NCBI GenBank assembly: GCA_036687665.1 | Contig: JAYYZZ010000003.1 | Span: 268,318-332,317 of the forward strand | Origin: Pseudomonadota bacterium | GTDB taxonomy: Bacteria; Pseudomonadota; Gammaproteobacteria; Poriferisulfidales; JAYYZZ01 | Direction: 5' to 3' | DNA length: 64,000 nt | In this document: positions 54,120-64,000 of the stretch, in pieces | How the letters are laid out: the number at the start of each line of letters is the position of its first letter | How positions within the stretch are numbered: position 1 is the first letter of the stretch | Notes under the pieces: model-generated | What the model was told of the DNA's origin: nothing | What the model saw: the letters and a program-made list of their open reading frames with translations, nothing else | The model's database searches: none | Made by a program: the position numbers and the translations under genes

Positions 54120-57100
54120 ACGTGATGACCTTAAAAGTATTTTAGTAATTGGCGCAGGTCCAATTATTATTGGACAGGCGTGTGAATTTGATTATTCTGG
54201 TGTGCAAGCGTGCAAAGCGTTAAAAGACACAGGATTCAAGGTGATTTTAGTTAATTCAAACCCAGCGACAATCATGACGGACCCAGATATTGCTGATGCT
54301 ATTTATATAGAACCAATTAACTGGGCCACTGTTGCTAAAATTATTGAAGAAGAAAAACCTGATGCAATTTTACCTACAATGGGCGGCCAGACTGGATTAA
54401 ATTGTGCCCTCGACTTAAGACGTAATGGCGTGCTGGAGAAACACAATGTTGAAATGATAGGAGCTTCGCCAGAGTCTATTGATATGGCTGAAGATCGAGA
54501 ATTATTTAAAAAAGCAATGTCAGAAATAGGATTACAATCTGCGCAATCATCTTTAGCACATTCTCTAGATGAAGCAATTGAGCAACAGAAAAAAATTGGC
54601 TATCCGACAATTATCCGGCCTTCTTTTACACTGGGCGGAAGTGGCGGAGGCATTGCAACCAATGAAAGCGAATTTTTAGAAATAGTAGCGCATGGTCTTG
54701 AGGTATCACCCACAAGCGAGGTATTACTTGAAGAATCATTACTTGGATGGAAGGAATATGAAATGGAGGTTGTGCGAGATTGTAAGGATAATTGCATTAT
54801 TGTCTGCTCTATTGAGAATCTAGATCCAATGGGAATTCATACCGGTGACTCAATCACAGTTGCTCCAGCACAGACATTAACCGACAAAGAGTATCAAATC
54901 ATGAGAAATGCATCGATTGATGTATTACGTAAAATCGGTGTAGATACTGGTGGTTCAAATGTGCAATTTGCTGTTAACCCTGATAACGGACAATTAATAA
55001 TTATTGAAATGAACCCCAGAGTTTCTAGATCTTCAGCGTTAGCATCAAAAGCGACCGGTTTTCCGATCGCAAAAATTGCAGCGAAACTTGCCGTAGGTTT
55101 TACATTAGATGAACTGCAAAATGATATCACTGGAGGGCTTACGCCAGCATCATTTGAGCCTACTATTGATTATGTTGTTACAAAAGTACCTAGATTTACA
55201 TTTGAAAAGTTCCCAAAAGCTAATGATAGGTTAACTACGCAAATGAAATCTGTTGGTGAGGCCATGGCTATTGGAAGAACTTTTCAAGAATCAATGCAGA
55301 AAGCGCTGCGGAGTTTAGAGATTTCGAGTTATGGTTTTGAAACTTTTTTAGATCAAAAAAATAAAAATAACCAAGATATTTTAAATAAAGAGTTAAAAGA
55401 TGCTGGGCCAAGAAGACTCTGGTATATAGCTGATGCTTTTAGGTTTGGAATGAATATCAACGAAGTCAATCAACTCACAGGTGTTGATAAATGGTTCCTT
55501 TCTGAGATAGAAGATATTGTCAATACAGAAAAAGATATTCAAGCGCAAGAACTATCATCTATAAGTAAAGAATTATTGTTTTCATATAAACAAAAAGGTT
55601 TTTCAGACAAAAGGCTTTCTATGCTAATGGACACAAGCGAACAAGCCGTTAGACATCATAGGCACTCTTTGAATATTCACCCAGTATATAAACATGTTGA
55701 CACATGCGCCGCAGAATTTTCAACGTCAACAGCATACCTGTACTCGACATATGAAGAACATTGTGAAGCTAACCCAACAAAAAATAAAAAAATAATTGTA
55801 TTGGGAGGAGGGCCAAACAGAATTGGACAGGGCATTGAGTTCGATTATTGTTGCGTACATGCTGCACTTGCTTCTAAAGAAGAAGGATTTGAGTCGATAA
55901 TGATAAATTGTAATCCAGAAACAGTCTCCACAGATTACGATACTTCCGATAGACTTTATTTCGAACCTTTAACATTAGAAGATGTGCTTGAAATAGTTAG
56001 ACTAGAGAAACCATATGGAGTGATTGTTCAGTATGGCGGGCAAACACCTCTTAAACTTGCAAATGAACTAGAAGAAGAAGGTGCGCCAATCATAGGAACA
56101 AGCCCAGATTCTATAGATTTAGCTGAAGATCGTGAACGCTTTCAAGCATTGCTTCAAGAATTAGAATTACTGCAACCACCTAATGCAACAGTGCGTGAAC
56201 CAAAAGAAGCAGGACATCTCGCAGACAATATTGGGTACCCTTTGGTAGTTAGGCCATCTTATGTGCTGGGAGGGCGTGCAATGGAAGTTGTGTTTAACCA
56301 AGATGAGCTACTGCAGTATTTACAAGAGGCCGTGAATGTATCGGATGATTCACCTGTATTATTAGATAAGTTTTTAGATGATGCCATAGAAGTCGATGTA
56401 GATGTTATTTGCGACGGTCATAATGTTCTTGTGGGAGGCATTATGCAGCATATAGAGCAGGCAGGAGTGCATTCTGGAGATTCAGCATGCTCCTTACCAT
56501 CATATTCTATAAATAAAGAAATTGAAGAACAAATAAGGGAAAATGTTGGGAAACTAGCGCGAAGATTAAATGTTATAGGCCTCATGAATGCTCAATTAGC
56601 TGTAAAAAATAACAAAATATATGTTTTGGAGGTCAACCCGCGCGCATCAAGGACAGTACCCTTTGTTTCAAAATCAACAGGTAAGCCTTTAGCGAAAATT
56701 GCTGCAAAATGTATGCTTGGAAGATCATTGACGGAACAAGAGCAAACACAAGAGGCAAAACTCAGTTACTTTTCTGTCAAAGAAGCTGTTTTTCCTTTTG
56801 TAAAGTTTCCTGGCGTTGACCCGATTCTCGGCCCAGAAATGAAATCTACTGGAGAGGTTATGGGTGTAGGGTTTAGTTTTGGCGAAGCTTTTGCAAAGTC
56901 ACAGCTTGCTGCAGGTATAACTATCCCTTCTGAAGGGACTGTATTAATTAGTGTTAGAGATGAAGACAAAGAGCCTATGCTATCTGTTGCCTCTGAATTA
57001 ATCAGCCTAGGTTTTAGTATTATTGCAACATCAGGTACGCATGCGATATTACAAGAAAATAATATAAAGTCTCAAAGAGTTAATAAAGTTGCGCAAGGAT

Positions 57101-57333
57101 CACCGCATGTGGTTGATATGATCAGCAATAATGAAGTTAATCTCATTGTTAATACAACTCAAGATAAAAAAGCAATTATAGATTCTGCTCTTATTAGAAG
57201 AGAAGCTCTACAACAAAAAGTCTGCTATACAACAACTCTAACTGGAGCAAAAGCACTTATTGAAGCCTTGCGTTGCGGACCATTGGATACAGTTCGCAGA
57301 TTATCGTTGATACAATCAGAGTATGTTAATTAG
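54112..57333 (+). CDS. carB: carbamoyl-phosphate synthase large subunit
   Basis: Start at [30 protein letters not shown], the canonical CarB N-terminus, with an 8-nt overlap with carA; the track start at 53914 is an in-frame extension inside carA. Duplicated ATP-grasp halves and C-terminal MGS-like domain. Confidence 0.95.
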   Translation: MPKRDDLKSILVIGAGPIIIGQACEFDYSGVQACKALKDTGFKVILVNSNPATIMTDPDIADAIYIEPINWATVAKIIEEEKPDAILPTMGGQTGLNCALDLRRNGVLEKHNVEMIGASPESIDMAEDRELFKKAMSEIGLQSAQSSLAHSLDEAIEQQKKIGYPTIIRPSFTLGGSGGGIATNESEFLEIVAHGLEVSPTSEVLLEESLLGWKEYEMEVVRDCKDNCIIVCSIENLDPMGIHTGDSITVAPAQTLTDKEYQIMRNASIDVLRKIGVDTGGSNVQFAVNPDNGQLIIIEMNPRVSRSSALASKATGFPIAKIAAKLAVGFTLDELQNDITGGLTPASFEPTIDYVVTKVPRFTFEKFPKANDRLTTQMKSVGEAMAIGRTFQESMQKALRSLEISSYGFETFLDQKNKNNQDILNKELKDAGPRRLWYIADAFRFGMNINEVNQLTGVDKWFLSEIEDIVNTEKDIQAQELSSISKELLFSYKQKGFSDKRLSMLMDTSEQAVRHHRHSLNIHPVYKHVDTCAAEFSTSTAYLYSTYEEHCEANPTKNKKIIVLGGGPNRIGQGIEFDYCCVHAALASKEEGFESIMINCNPETVSTDYDTSDRLYFEPLTLEDVLEIVRLEKPYGVIVQYGGQTPLKLANELEEEGAPIIGTSPDSIDLAEDRERFQALLQELELLQPPNATVREPKEAGHLADNIGYPLVVRPSYVLGGRAMEVVFNQDELLQYLQEAVNVSDDSPVLLDKFLDDAIEVDVDVICDGHNVLVGGIMQHIEQAGVHSGDSACSLPSYSINKEIEEQIRENVGKLARRLNVIGLMNAQLAVKNNKIYVLEVNPRASRTVPFVSKSTGKPLAKIAAKCMLGRSLTEQEQTQEAKLSYFSVKEAVFPFVKFPGVDPILGPEMKSTGEVMGVGFSFGEAFAKSQLAAGITIPSEGTVLISVRDEDKEPMLSVASELISLGFSIIATSGTHAILQENNIKSQRVNKVAQGSPHVVDMISNNEVNLIVNTTQDKKAIIDSALIRREALQQKVCYTTTLTGAKALIEALRCGPLDTVRRLSLIQSEYVN

Positions 57334-57826
57334 AGAAAACAAAGTGAATAAAATACCAATAACAGTTAGTGGTGAGAAAAAATTAAGAGATGAGCTTAAG
57401 AGTTTAAAAACAAAAGACCGCCAAGAAGTTATAGAAGCAATTGCAACAGCAAGGGAGCATGGTGATCTAAAAGAAAATGCAGAGTATCACGCTGCAAGAG
57501 AGCGACAAAGTTTTATTGAGGGAAGGATAAAAGACATTGAGAGCACCTTATCGAATGCTGAGATTATTGATCTTACAAATATAAATGCTAACGGAAAGGT
57601 AATTTTTGGTTCAACTGTCACTGTCTGTGATGTTGAAACTACTCATGAAATATCATATAAAATTGTTGGTGATGATGAAGCAAATATAAAACAAAATTTA
57701 ATTTCGTATACTTCCCCAATAGCAAAAGCACTTATAGGAAAAGAAAGCGGTGATGTTGTGATTGTCAAGGCGCCTGCGGGAGATAGGCAATTTGAGATTG
57801 TTGATATAAAATATTTGCAAGATTAA
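57323..57826 (+). CDS. greA: transcription elongation factor GreA
   Basis: 167 aa. The true start may be the GTG at ~57344 (VNKIPIT...). Coiled-coil N-domain ([13 protein letters not shown]) and FKBP-like C-domain. Confidence 0.9.
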   Translation: MLIRENKVNKIPITVSGEKKLRDELKSLKTKDRQEVIEAIATAREHGDLKENAEYHAARERQSFIEGRIKDIESTLSNAEIIDLTNINANGKVIFGSTVTVCDVETTHEISYKIVGDDEANIKQNLISYTSPIAKALIGKESGDVVIVKAPAGDRQFEIVDIKYLQD

Positions 57827-57828
57827 TT

Positions 57829-58452
57829 ATGCCTAGACTCAATAAACGTTGGTTGCATGCTCACAAGAAAGATATATTTTTTAATCTTGCTGCTCAAGAA
57901 GGTATGCGATCAAGGTCTGTTTATAAGCTTAGCGAAATTGACCAGAAATTTAATTTATTAAGCCCTGGCATGAAGGTTTTAGATCTTGGGTCCTCGCCAG
58001 GCGGATGGAGTCAGTACGTTTCTTCAAAATTAGGGAGACATGGGAAAGTTCTTGCTGTAGATATGCAGGAGATGAAACCGATCAAAAATGTGCGTTTTTT
58101 GCACGGAAATGTCACAGATAATGCGATATATAGCAAGATACAGGAAGAAATGCCAAAAATTGACCTTGTATTATCTGATATGGCCCCCAATATTAGTGGT
58201 ATACCATCTGTAGATCAGCCGAAAAGCATATTTTTAGTTGAATTAGCTATAGATTTAGCAGCCAATATTCTTGTGCAATCTGGGTCAATGTTAGTTAAAA
58301 TTTTTCATGGAGAAGGTTTTGAGGATACAGTTACAAAAACAAAATCGATTTTTAATAAGGTAAGAATTTTTAAACCTAAGGCATCAAAAGCATTGAGCAA
58401 AGAAGTTTATATTTTAGCAACAAGCTTAAAAGGAATTAATACAAATGAGTGA
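57829..58452 (+). CDS. rlmE: 23S rRNA (uridine2552-2'-O)-methyltransferase RlmE (FtsJ)
   Basis: 207 aa. YRSRSAYKL...[11 protein letters not shown]...VLSDMAPN. The rlmE-ftsH pair. Confidence 0.93.
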   Translation: MPRLNKRWLHAHKKDIFFNLAAQEGMRSRSVYKLSEIDQKFNLLSPGMKVLDLGSSPGGWSQYVSSKLGRHGKVLAVDMQEMKPIKNVRFLHGNVTDNAIYSKIQEEMPKIDLVLSDMAPNISGIPSVDQPKSIFLVELAIDLAANILVQSGSMLVKIFHGEGFEDTVTKTKSIFNKVRIFKPKASKALSKEVYILATSLKGINTNE

Positions 58453-60358
58453 TTTGATAAAAAATTTAATCTTGTGGGCGGTAATTGCAGCCGTTCTAAT
58501 GTCCGTATTCAATAATTTTTCACCGCAAAGACAAGTTTCAAAATCTCTTTCTTATTCAGAGTTTATATCAAGCGTGAAAAAAGGAGAAATTGGTTCGGTA
58601 AGCATTGCTTCTGATAATCGCACCATTAATGGTGTGTTTAAAGATGGCGGTAATTTTAAAACTTTTGGTTTGAACGATCAAAAAATGGTGGATGATTTAC
58701 TTGCAAGCAATGTAGAAATAATTACAGAGCCTAAAGAAGAGCAATCATTTTTCAAAGAGATCCTAATACATTGGTTTCCAATGTTGCTGCTTATTGCTGT
58801 TTGGATATTTTTTATGCGTCAAATGCAAGGCGGCGGTGGCGGAAGAGGTGCTATGTCTTTTGGAAAAAGTAAAGCACGCTTAATGGGTGAAGACGAAGTT
58901 AAAGTAACATTCAATGATGTTGCGGGAGTTGATGAAGCAAAAGACGAAGTTCAAGAACTTGTGGAGTTTTTGCGCGACCCGCGTAAGTTTCAAAAACTAG
59001 GCGGAAAAATACCTCATGGCGTTTTGATGGTCGGCTCACCTGGTACAGGTAAAACATTATTAGCAAGAGCTATTGCAGGTGAAGCGAAAGTGCCTTTTTT
59101 TACAATATCTGGGTCAGACTTTGTAGAGATGTTTGTAGGTGTCGGCGCATCACGTGTTCGTGATATGTTTACTCAAGCACAAAAACATAGTCCTTGTATT
59201 ATTTTTATTGACGAAATAGACGCGGTTGGAAGACATAGAGGCGCAGGTTTAGGCGGCGGGCATGATGAAAGAGAGCAAACTTTAAACCAACTGTTAGTAG
59301 AGATGGATGGTTTTAAAGGCCATGCTGGTATCATAGTTATTGCAGCAACGAATAGACCTGATGTGCTAGACCCAGCGTTACTTCGTCCTGGCCGCTTTGA
59401 TCGCCAGGTAGTTGTTCCATTGCCAGACATCCGTGGTCGCGAACAAATACTAAAAATACATATGCGACGAGTCCCTGTTGCTGCTGATGTTAAACCAAGT
59501 GTCATCGCTAGAGGTACCCCTGGATTCTCTGGTGCAGATCTTGAAAATTTAGTAAATGAAGCTGCATTATTCGCAGCACGCCTAGATAAACGCAAGGTTA
59601 CTATGGAGGATTTTGAGCAAGCAAAAGATAAAATTATGATGGGAACTGAGCGCAGGTCAATGGTAATGAGCGAAGATGATAAACGTCTTACGGCTTACCA
59701 CGAGTCAGGGCATGCAATAATTGGAAGAGTAGTTCCCGAGCACGACCCTGTGCATAAAGTAACAATAATCCCACGCGGGAGAGCGCTTGGTGTAACCATG
59801 TTTCTTCCCGAGGAAGACAGATATAGTAATAGCAGGCAACGATTAGAGAGCATGATATGCACTTTGTATGGTGGGCGCATAGCTGAAGAACTGATTTTTG
59901 GCACAGATAAAGTAACTACAGGTGCACAAAATGATATAGAGCGTGCGACAGAATTAGCACGCAATATGGTAACGAAATGGGGGCTTTCGGAAGAATTAGG
60001 ACCTTTAGCATATAGCGAAGAAGATGGAGAGGTTTTTTTAGGCCATTCAGTTACTAGACACAAAACAATGGCTGATGACACAGCTAAATCAATTGACTCT
60101 GAAGTAAGATCCATTGCGGAAAGAAATTATAAAATGGCACGAAAAATCCTTGAAGAGAATATTGATAAAGTTCATTTAATGGCTGATGCTTTAATGAAGT
60201 ACGAGACTATAGATAAAAAACAAATCGATGACATCATGAACGGCAAAGAGCCAAGACCCCCAGAGCACTGGGATGATGGAGATCCTGATTCAACCTCATC
60301 CGACAAGACAAAAGAAGAAGCTGACAGCAAAATTGGCGGACCAGCAAGCTCCCATTAA
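58445..60358 (+). CDS. ftsH: ATP-dependent zinc metalloprotease FtsH
   Basis: 637 aa. Two N-terminal TM segments. Walker [17 protein letters not shown] zinc site (HESGHAI). Confidence 0.96.
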   Translation: MSDLIKNLILWAVIAAVLMSVFNNFSPQRQVSKSLSYSEFISSVKKGEIGSVSIASDNRTINGVFKDGGNFKTFGLNDQKMVDDLLASNVEIITEPKEEQSFFKEILIHWFPMLLLIAVWIFFMRQMQGGGGGRGAMSFGKSKARLMGEDEVKVTFNDVAGVDEAKDEVQELVEFLRDPRKFQKLGGKIPHGVLMVGSPGTGKTLLARAIAGEAKVPFFTISGSDFVEMFVGVGASRVRDMFTQAQKHSPCIIFIDEIDAVGRHRGAGLGGGHDEREQTLNQLLVEMDGFKGHAGIIVIAATNRPDVLDPALLRPGRFDRQVVVPLPDIRGREQILKIHMRRVPVAADVKPSVIARGTPGFSGADLENLVNEAALFAARLDKRKVTMEDFEQAKDKIMMGTERRSMVMSEDDKRLTAYHESGHAIIGRVVPEHDPVHKVTIIPRGRALGVTMFLPEEDRYSNSRQRLESMICTLYGGRIAEELIFGTDKVTTGAQNDIERATELARNMVTKWGLSEELGPLAYSEEDGEVFLGHSVTRHKTMADDTAKSIDSEVRSIAERNYKMARKILEENIDKVHLMADALMKYETIDKKQIDDIMNGKEPRPPEHWDDGDPDSTSSDKTKEEADSKIGGPASSH

Positions 60359-60367
60359 AAAGCACGA

Positions 60368-61720
60368 ATGAAAAAAAAATTTTTTGGTACCGATGGAATA
60401 AGAGGGAGAGTCGGCGAGCTCCCAATGACACCAGATTTTATTTTGAAGCTGGGGCGCGCTGCCGGTGAGGCTTTAATTGAGACGACAAAGAATAATAAAA
60501 TAATCATCGGTAAGGATACTAGAATATCTGGGTATATGTTCGAATCTGCACTAGAAGCAGGATTATCTGCCGCAGGTGCAGAGACATATTTGCTAGGCCC
60601 AATGCCTACACCAGCAATCGCATATTTAACAAGAACATTACGCGCAGCTGCTGGAATAGTCATAAGCGCATCACATAATCCTTATCATGATAATGGAATA
60701 AAATTTTTTTCTTCAGAAGGAAAGAAGTTGCCATCGAGCTTAGAAGAGTTAATAGAACAGAAGCTTGAAATGTCACAATTTAATGCAATTGAACCTTATG
60801 TTGGTAAAGCTCATCGTGTGGACGATGCAGCCGGGCGCTATATAGAATATTGCAAGAGCACAATACCAGGAAAAACACGTTTAGTAGGTTTAAAGATAGT
60901 TATTGATTGTGCAAATGGCTCAACTTATAGCATTGCCCCCAGAGTCTTTTCCGAATTAGGTGCCGACGTGGTTGCAATATGTAATACCCCAAATGGTATC
61001 AATATAAATAAAAAGTGCGGGACAACTGATACTGCTTTATTGGCAGAAACTGTAATAAAAGAAAAGGCAGACTTAGGTATCGCGATAGATGGAGACGGAG
61101 ATAGATTAATTATGATAGACGATCAAGGGAATGTTGTAGATGGGGATGAGCTGTTATATGTGCTTGCTAGCGGGTATCAAGAAATTAACTTATTAAATGG
61201 CGGCGTAGTAGGAACAGAAATGAGTAATCTTGGGCTTGAACGAGCGTTTAGCAAAAAAGATATTGATTTTAAAAGGACCAAGGTTGGAGATAAATATATT
61301 CATGAGTTGCTTCAAAAACTCGGATGGCGGCTTGGCGGTGAGCCTTCAGGGCATATATTATGTCTTGATCGCGCAACAACAGGAGATGCTATTGTAGTCG
61401 CATTACAAGTTTTGTCAGAAATCTTGAGGACTGAAAAAAACTTATATGAATTAAAAACTCCTATACAAAAACTCCCTCAAATTATAATTAATGTACCTTT
61501 GTATGCAGAAAAAAATATACTTGAGAACAAAGAAGTGCAGCAAGCGGTTACAGATGTTGAAAATATCTTATCTAAACATGGTCGTGTTCTTTTACGTAAC
61601 TCAGGGACGGAGCCTTTTGTTAGAATAATGGTAGAAGGTGAAGATTATACTCAAGTAAAAGAATTGGCAGACATGCTCGCAACAACAGTGAAAGAGCTTT
61701 CTCAACAGCAATTACATTGA
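60368..61720 (+). CDS. glmM: phosphoglucosamine mutase
   Basis: 450 aa. KFFGTDGIRG N-terminus. Active-site serine loop SASHNPYHDNGIKFF. Begins 9 nt after the ftsH stop, with no folP in between. Confidence 0.94.
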   Translation: MKKKFFGTDGIRGRVGELPMTPDFILKLGRAAGEALIETTKNNKIIIGKDTRISGYMFESALEAGLSAAGAETYLLGPMPTPAIAYLTRTLRAAAGIVISASHNPYHDNGIKFFSSEGKKLPSSLEELIEQKLEMSQFNAIEPYVGKAHRVDDAAGRYIEYCKSTIPGKTRLVGLKIVIDCANGSTYSIAPRVFSELGADVVAICNTPNGININKKCGTTDTALLAETVIKEKADLGIAIDGDGDRLIMIDDQGNVVDGDELLYVLASGYQEINLLNGGVVGTEMSNLGLERAFSKKDIDFKRTKVGDKYIHELLQKLGWRLGGEPSGHILCLDRATTGDAIVVALQVLSEILRTEKNLYELKTPIQKLPQIIINVPLYAEKNILENKEVQQAVTDVENILSKHGRVLLRNSGTEPFVRIMVEGEDYTQVKELADMLATTVKELSQQQLH

Positions 61721-61745
61721 AGCTATATTTCTGAAAAATTTAATA

Positions 61746-62513
61746 ATGCGAAAATCAATAGTAGCAGGGAACTGGAAAATGAATGGTGATTTAGAAAGCA
61801 CCAAACACCTTGTTTCGGAAATATTAGAAGGACTAAAAAAAACACCCAACACAGAAGTTATTATTTTTCCGCCATATGTTTATTTAGATTCTGTTGGACA
61901 GCAAATTAGAAATGAGAAAAAACCCAGTTCTAATAAATTACTATGCGGTGTCCAGGATATTTGTGAAAATGAGAATGGTGCTTTTACAGGTGAAATTTCA
62001 ACTGAGATGCTTAAAGATTTTTATTGCACACATATCATTATTGGTCACTCAGAAAGAAGACATATATATCAGGAAAATAACGAGCTGTGTGCAAAAAAAT
62101 TCTTAATAGCAGCAAATGAAGGTTATACTCCAATACTGTGTTTAGGAGAGACTTTAGAAGAAAGAAATAACAATCAGACACATGAAATAATTGCAGCACA
62201 ACTAGAAACAGTCATTGGTATATCTGGAATAAAAGCCTTTCAAAATGCAATAATTGCTTATGAACCTGTTTGGGCAATAGGCACTGGGCAAACCGCGACT
62301 CCTGAGCAAGCGCAAAATGTGCATGAATATATAAGAGCTGTTATGACTAAACATTCACAAGATTGCGCAAAAGATATTAGAATACTATATGGTGGTAGTG
62401 TTAATGCTGAAAATGCGAAAAGTATTTTTTTGATGCCTGATATTGACGGAGGGTTAATAGGCGGCGCATCACTTAACTCAAAAGATTTCTTGGCAATATG
62501 TGAATCAATATAG
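61746..62513 (+). CDS. tpiA: triose-phosphate isomerase
   Basis: 255 aa. AGNWKMNG, IIGHSERR, AYEPVWAIGTG. Confidence 0.94.
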   Translation: MRKSIVAGNWKMNGDLESTKHLVSEILEGLKKTPNTEVIIFPPYVYLDSVGQQIRNEKKPSSNKLLCGVQDICENENGAFTGEISTEMLKDFYCTHIIIGHSERRHIYQENNELCAKKFLIAANEGYTPILCLGETLEERNNNQTHEIIAAQLETVIGISGIKAFQNAIIAYEPVWAIGTGQTATPEQAQNVHEYIRAVMTKHSQDCAKDIRILYGGSVNAENAKSIFLMPDIDGGLIGGASLNSKDFLAICESI

Positions 62514-62516
62514 ATT

Positions 62517-62852
62517 ATGATTTATACAAGTTTATTTATAACAGCGGTAGTTCTTGCAATTATTATTGTAGGTTTGATTTTGATGCAACAAGGAAAAGGT
62601 GCTGATGCTGGTGCAGCGTTTGGAGCAGGTGTCTCAGGAACAGTCTTTGGTGCACGTGGAGCCGCATCTTTTTTAGCAAAACTAACAGCTTTTTTTGTCG
62701 CACTATTTTTCTCAGTTTGCTTAAGTTTAGCTTACGTTGCAAAAAAAGTTACAGGCCCTGAGGATAGTATTATAGAAAAATCATCTGGCGCTGGTGAAAC
62801 AATAGAAAAGCTCGCCCCTGAATTAGATCCAACTTCGGATATTCCTGAATAA
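62517..62852 (+). CDS. secG: preprotein translocase subunit SecG
   Basis: 111 aa. Two TM helices and a Gly-rich loop (GKGADAGAAFGAGVSGTVFGARG). The tpiA-secG-tRNALeu order. Confidence 0.88.
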   Translation: MIYTSLFITAVVLAIIIVGLILMQQGKGADAGAAFGAGVSGTVFGARGAASFLAKLTAFFVALFFSVCLSLAYVAKKVTGPEDSIIEKSSGAGETIEKLAPELDPTSDIPE

Positions 62853-62888
62853 AATTTTTGAATATATCTATACTATAAACCTATCAGT

Positions 62889-62973
62889 GCCGATGTGGTG
62901 GAATTGGTAGACACGCTGTCTTGAGGGGGCAGTGGCGTAAGCCTTGCCGGTTCGATTCCGGCCATCGGCACCA
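62889..62973 (+). tRNA. tRNA-Leu (anticodon GAG)
   Basis: Acceptor GCCGATG/CATCGGC + ACCA. Long variable arm. Anticodon loop ttGAGgg. GGTTCGATTCC T-arm. Confidence 0.85.
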
Positions 62974-63042
62974 CGCAAATTTTTCCCTTACATATTTCTC
63001 AATCTACACGTAAAATCGATTCTATCGATAACAGGAAAGATT

Positions 63043-63399
63043 ATGTTAGAAAATTACTTACCAATATTGATCTTCTTGCTAATGGCATCATTTATTGGCA
63101 TGGGTGCCATTCTGCTTGGTAGACTTTTGTCTACAAATAAGCCATCAAAAGCAAAAATGTCTGCATATGAATGCGGTTTTGAAGCTTTTGGAGATGCGCA
63201 TATGAAATTTGATATACGTTACTACTTGGTTGCAATTTTGTTTATTATTTTTGACCTTGAGATTGCATTTTTATTTCCTTGGGCGATAACATTAAATAGC
63301 ACTGGCATGTATGGACTCATATCAATGGGAGTGTTTTTATTAATTCTCACCATTGGTTTTATCTATGAATGGAAAAAGGGTGCCCTTGAATGGGACTAA
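63043..63399 (+). CDS. nuoA: NADH-quinone oxidoreductase subunit A
   Basis: Start at [13 protein letters not shown]; the track ORF start at 62944 runs through the tRNA-Leu and is artefactual. Three TM helices. [11 protein letters not shown] motif. Confidence 0.88.
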   Translation: MLENYLPILIFLLMASFIGMGAILLGRLLSTNKPSKAKMSAYECGFEAFGDAHMKFDIRYYLVAILFIIFDLEIAFLFPWAITLNSTGMYGLISMGVFLLILTIGFIYEWKKGALEWD

Positions 63400-63400
63400 G

Positions 63401-63880
63401 ATGAATATTGCGACCCAACAAATGGAAAAAGGATTTTTCACAACCACCTCGGATCAGTTGATTAACTGGGCTAGAACTGGATCAATGTGGCCAATGACGT
63501 TTGGTCTTGCTTGCTGCGCTGTAGAAATGATGCATGCAGGAGCATCACGATATGATATTGATAGGTTCGGCATGTTATTTCGACCAAGCCCACGACAGTC
63601 AGATGTCATGATTGTTGCAGGGACACTAGTAAACAAAATGGCTCCAGCACTTAGGAAGGTTTATGATCAAATGACTGAACCAAAATGGGTAATATCTATG
63701 GGTTCATGCGCTAACGGCGGAGGATATTATCACTACTCCTACTCAGTTGTTAGGGGATGCGACAGAATAGTGCCTGTTGATATTTACGTTCCTGGATGCC
63801 CCCCGACTGCTGAGGCGCTTTTGTACGGTGTATTGCAGTTGAAAAATAAAATAAAAAACGCTAATACAATAGCTAGATAA
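63401..63880 (+). CDS. nuoB: NADH-quinone oxidoreductase subunit B
   Basis: Start at the [13 protein letters not shown] Met following the nuoA stop. [10 protein letters not shown] and PGCPP Fe-S (N2) cysteine motifs. Confidence 0.92.
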   Translation: MNIATQQMEKGFFTTTSDQLINWARTGSMWPMTFGLACCAVEMMHAGASRYDIDRFGMLFRPSPRQSDVMIVAGTLVNKMAPALRKVYDQMTEPKWVISMGSCANGGGYYHYSYSVVRGCDRIVPVDIYVPGCPPTAEALLYGVLQLKNKIKNANTIAR

Positions 63881-63902
63881 TCAAATTACAGATAACAAAC
63901 AT

Positions 63903-64000
63903 ATGGAAAACCTGTTATCTAGCCTAGAAGAGTTTTTTGGAAAAAAAATAAGCAATTTAAAGTTTGCCTTCAACGAACTGTCTATAACTACTACTTCAGA
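63903..64000 (+). CDS. nuoC: 3'-truncated NADH-quinone oxidoreductase subunit C (N-terminus only)
   Basis: ATG at 63903. MENLLSSLEEFFGKKISNLKFAFNELSITTTS runs to the window end. Position after nuoB. Confidence 0.5.
   Translation, partial: MENLLSSLEEFFGKKISNLKFAFNELSITTTS

Noticed and set aside
59173-60114. Two long antisense ORFs (140 aa and 139 aa) inside ftsH, plus 60355-60663 antisense to glmM
   Set aside because: Same reason: a conserved, GC-richer gene yields open antisense frames. Ser/Ala/Pro/Arg-rich low-complexity translations. No start or RBS context.
62944-63042. N-terminal 33 codons of the track's 151-aa nuoA ORF
   Set aside because: Begins inside tRNA-Leu(GAG). The true nuoA start is the Met at 63043 (MLENYLPIL...).

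Overview
AT-rich (roughly 36-38% GC by eye) gammaproteobacterial chromosomal segment, almost entirely core housekeeping genes in conserved synteny (Pseudomonas/Legionellales-like order). Order on the + strand: aroC-leuCDB-asd-fimV(short)-truA-trpFBA-accD-folC-dedD-cvpA-purF; a YkuD-like protein plus glycerate kinase; lpxH-ppiB (-); a tRNA cluster Pro-Arg-His-Lys; a minus-strand CPBP protease + TonB-C module; tRNA-Leu; tig-clpP-clpX-lon-hupB; tRNA-Val/Asp; ppiD; a Na+/dicarboxylate symporter; fabI (-); a yejABEF-like ABC importer; mltD (-); a methyltransferase-rnhA-dnaQ; a small membrane ORF; smpB (-); an SNF transporter; ratA-rnfH; bamE (-); fur; recN-nadK (-); hrcA-grpE-dnaK-dnaJ-dapB-carAB-greA-rlmE-ftsH-glmM-tpiA-secG; tRNA-Leu; nuoA-nuoB-nuoC'. 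The secG-tRNALeu-nuoA junction and an hrcA-headed dnaK operon under a sigma32-type promoter suggest a Legionellales-like lineage, but this is inference only. I found no CRISPR array, IS element, integrase or phage genes. Several ORF-track entries have spurious N-terminal extensions or are antisense/tRNA-overlapping artefacts. The non-core, syntenically inserted pieces worth follow-up are: (i) the CPBP intramembrane protease + secreted TonB-C-domain operon wedged between two tRNA loci, (ii) a signal-less YkuD-domain protein with a MOFRL glycerate kinase after purF, (iii) a doubly anchored lipoprotein SBP and N-terminally extended permease in the yej-like importer, (iv) a 74-aa membrane-anchored Cys-containing orphan beside smpB, (v) an SNF transporter inserted into the smpB-ratA cluster, and (vi) absence of folP from the ftsH-glmM junction.
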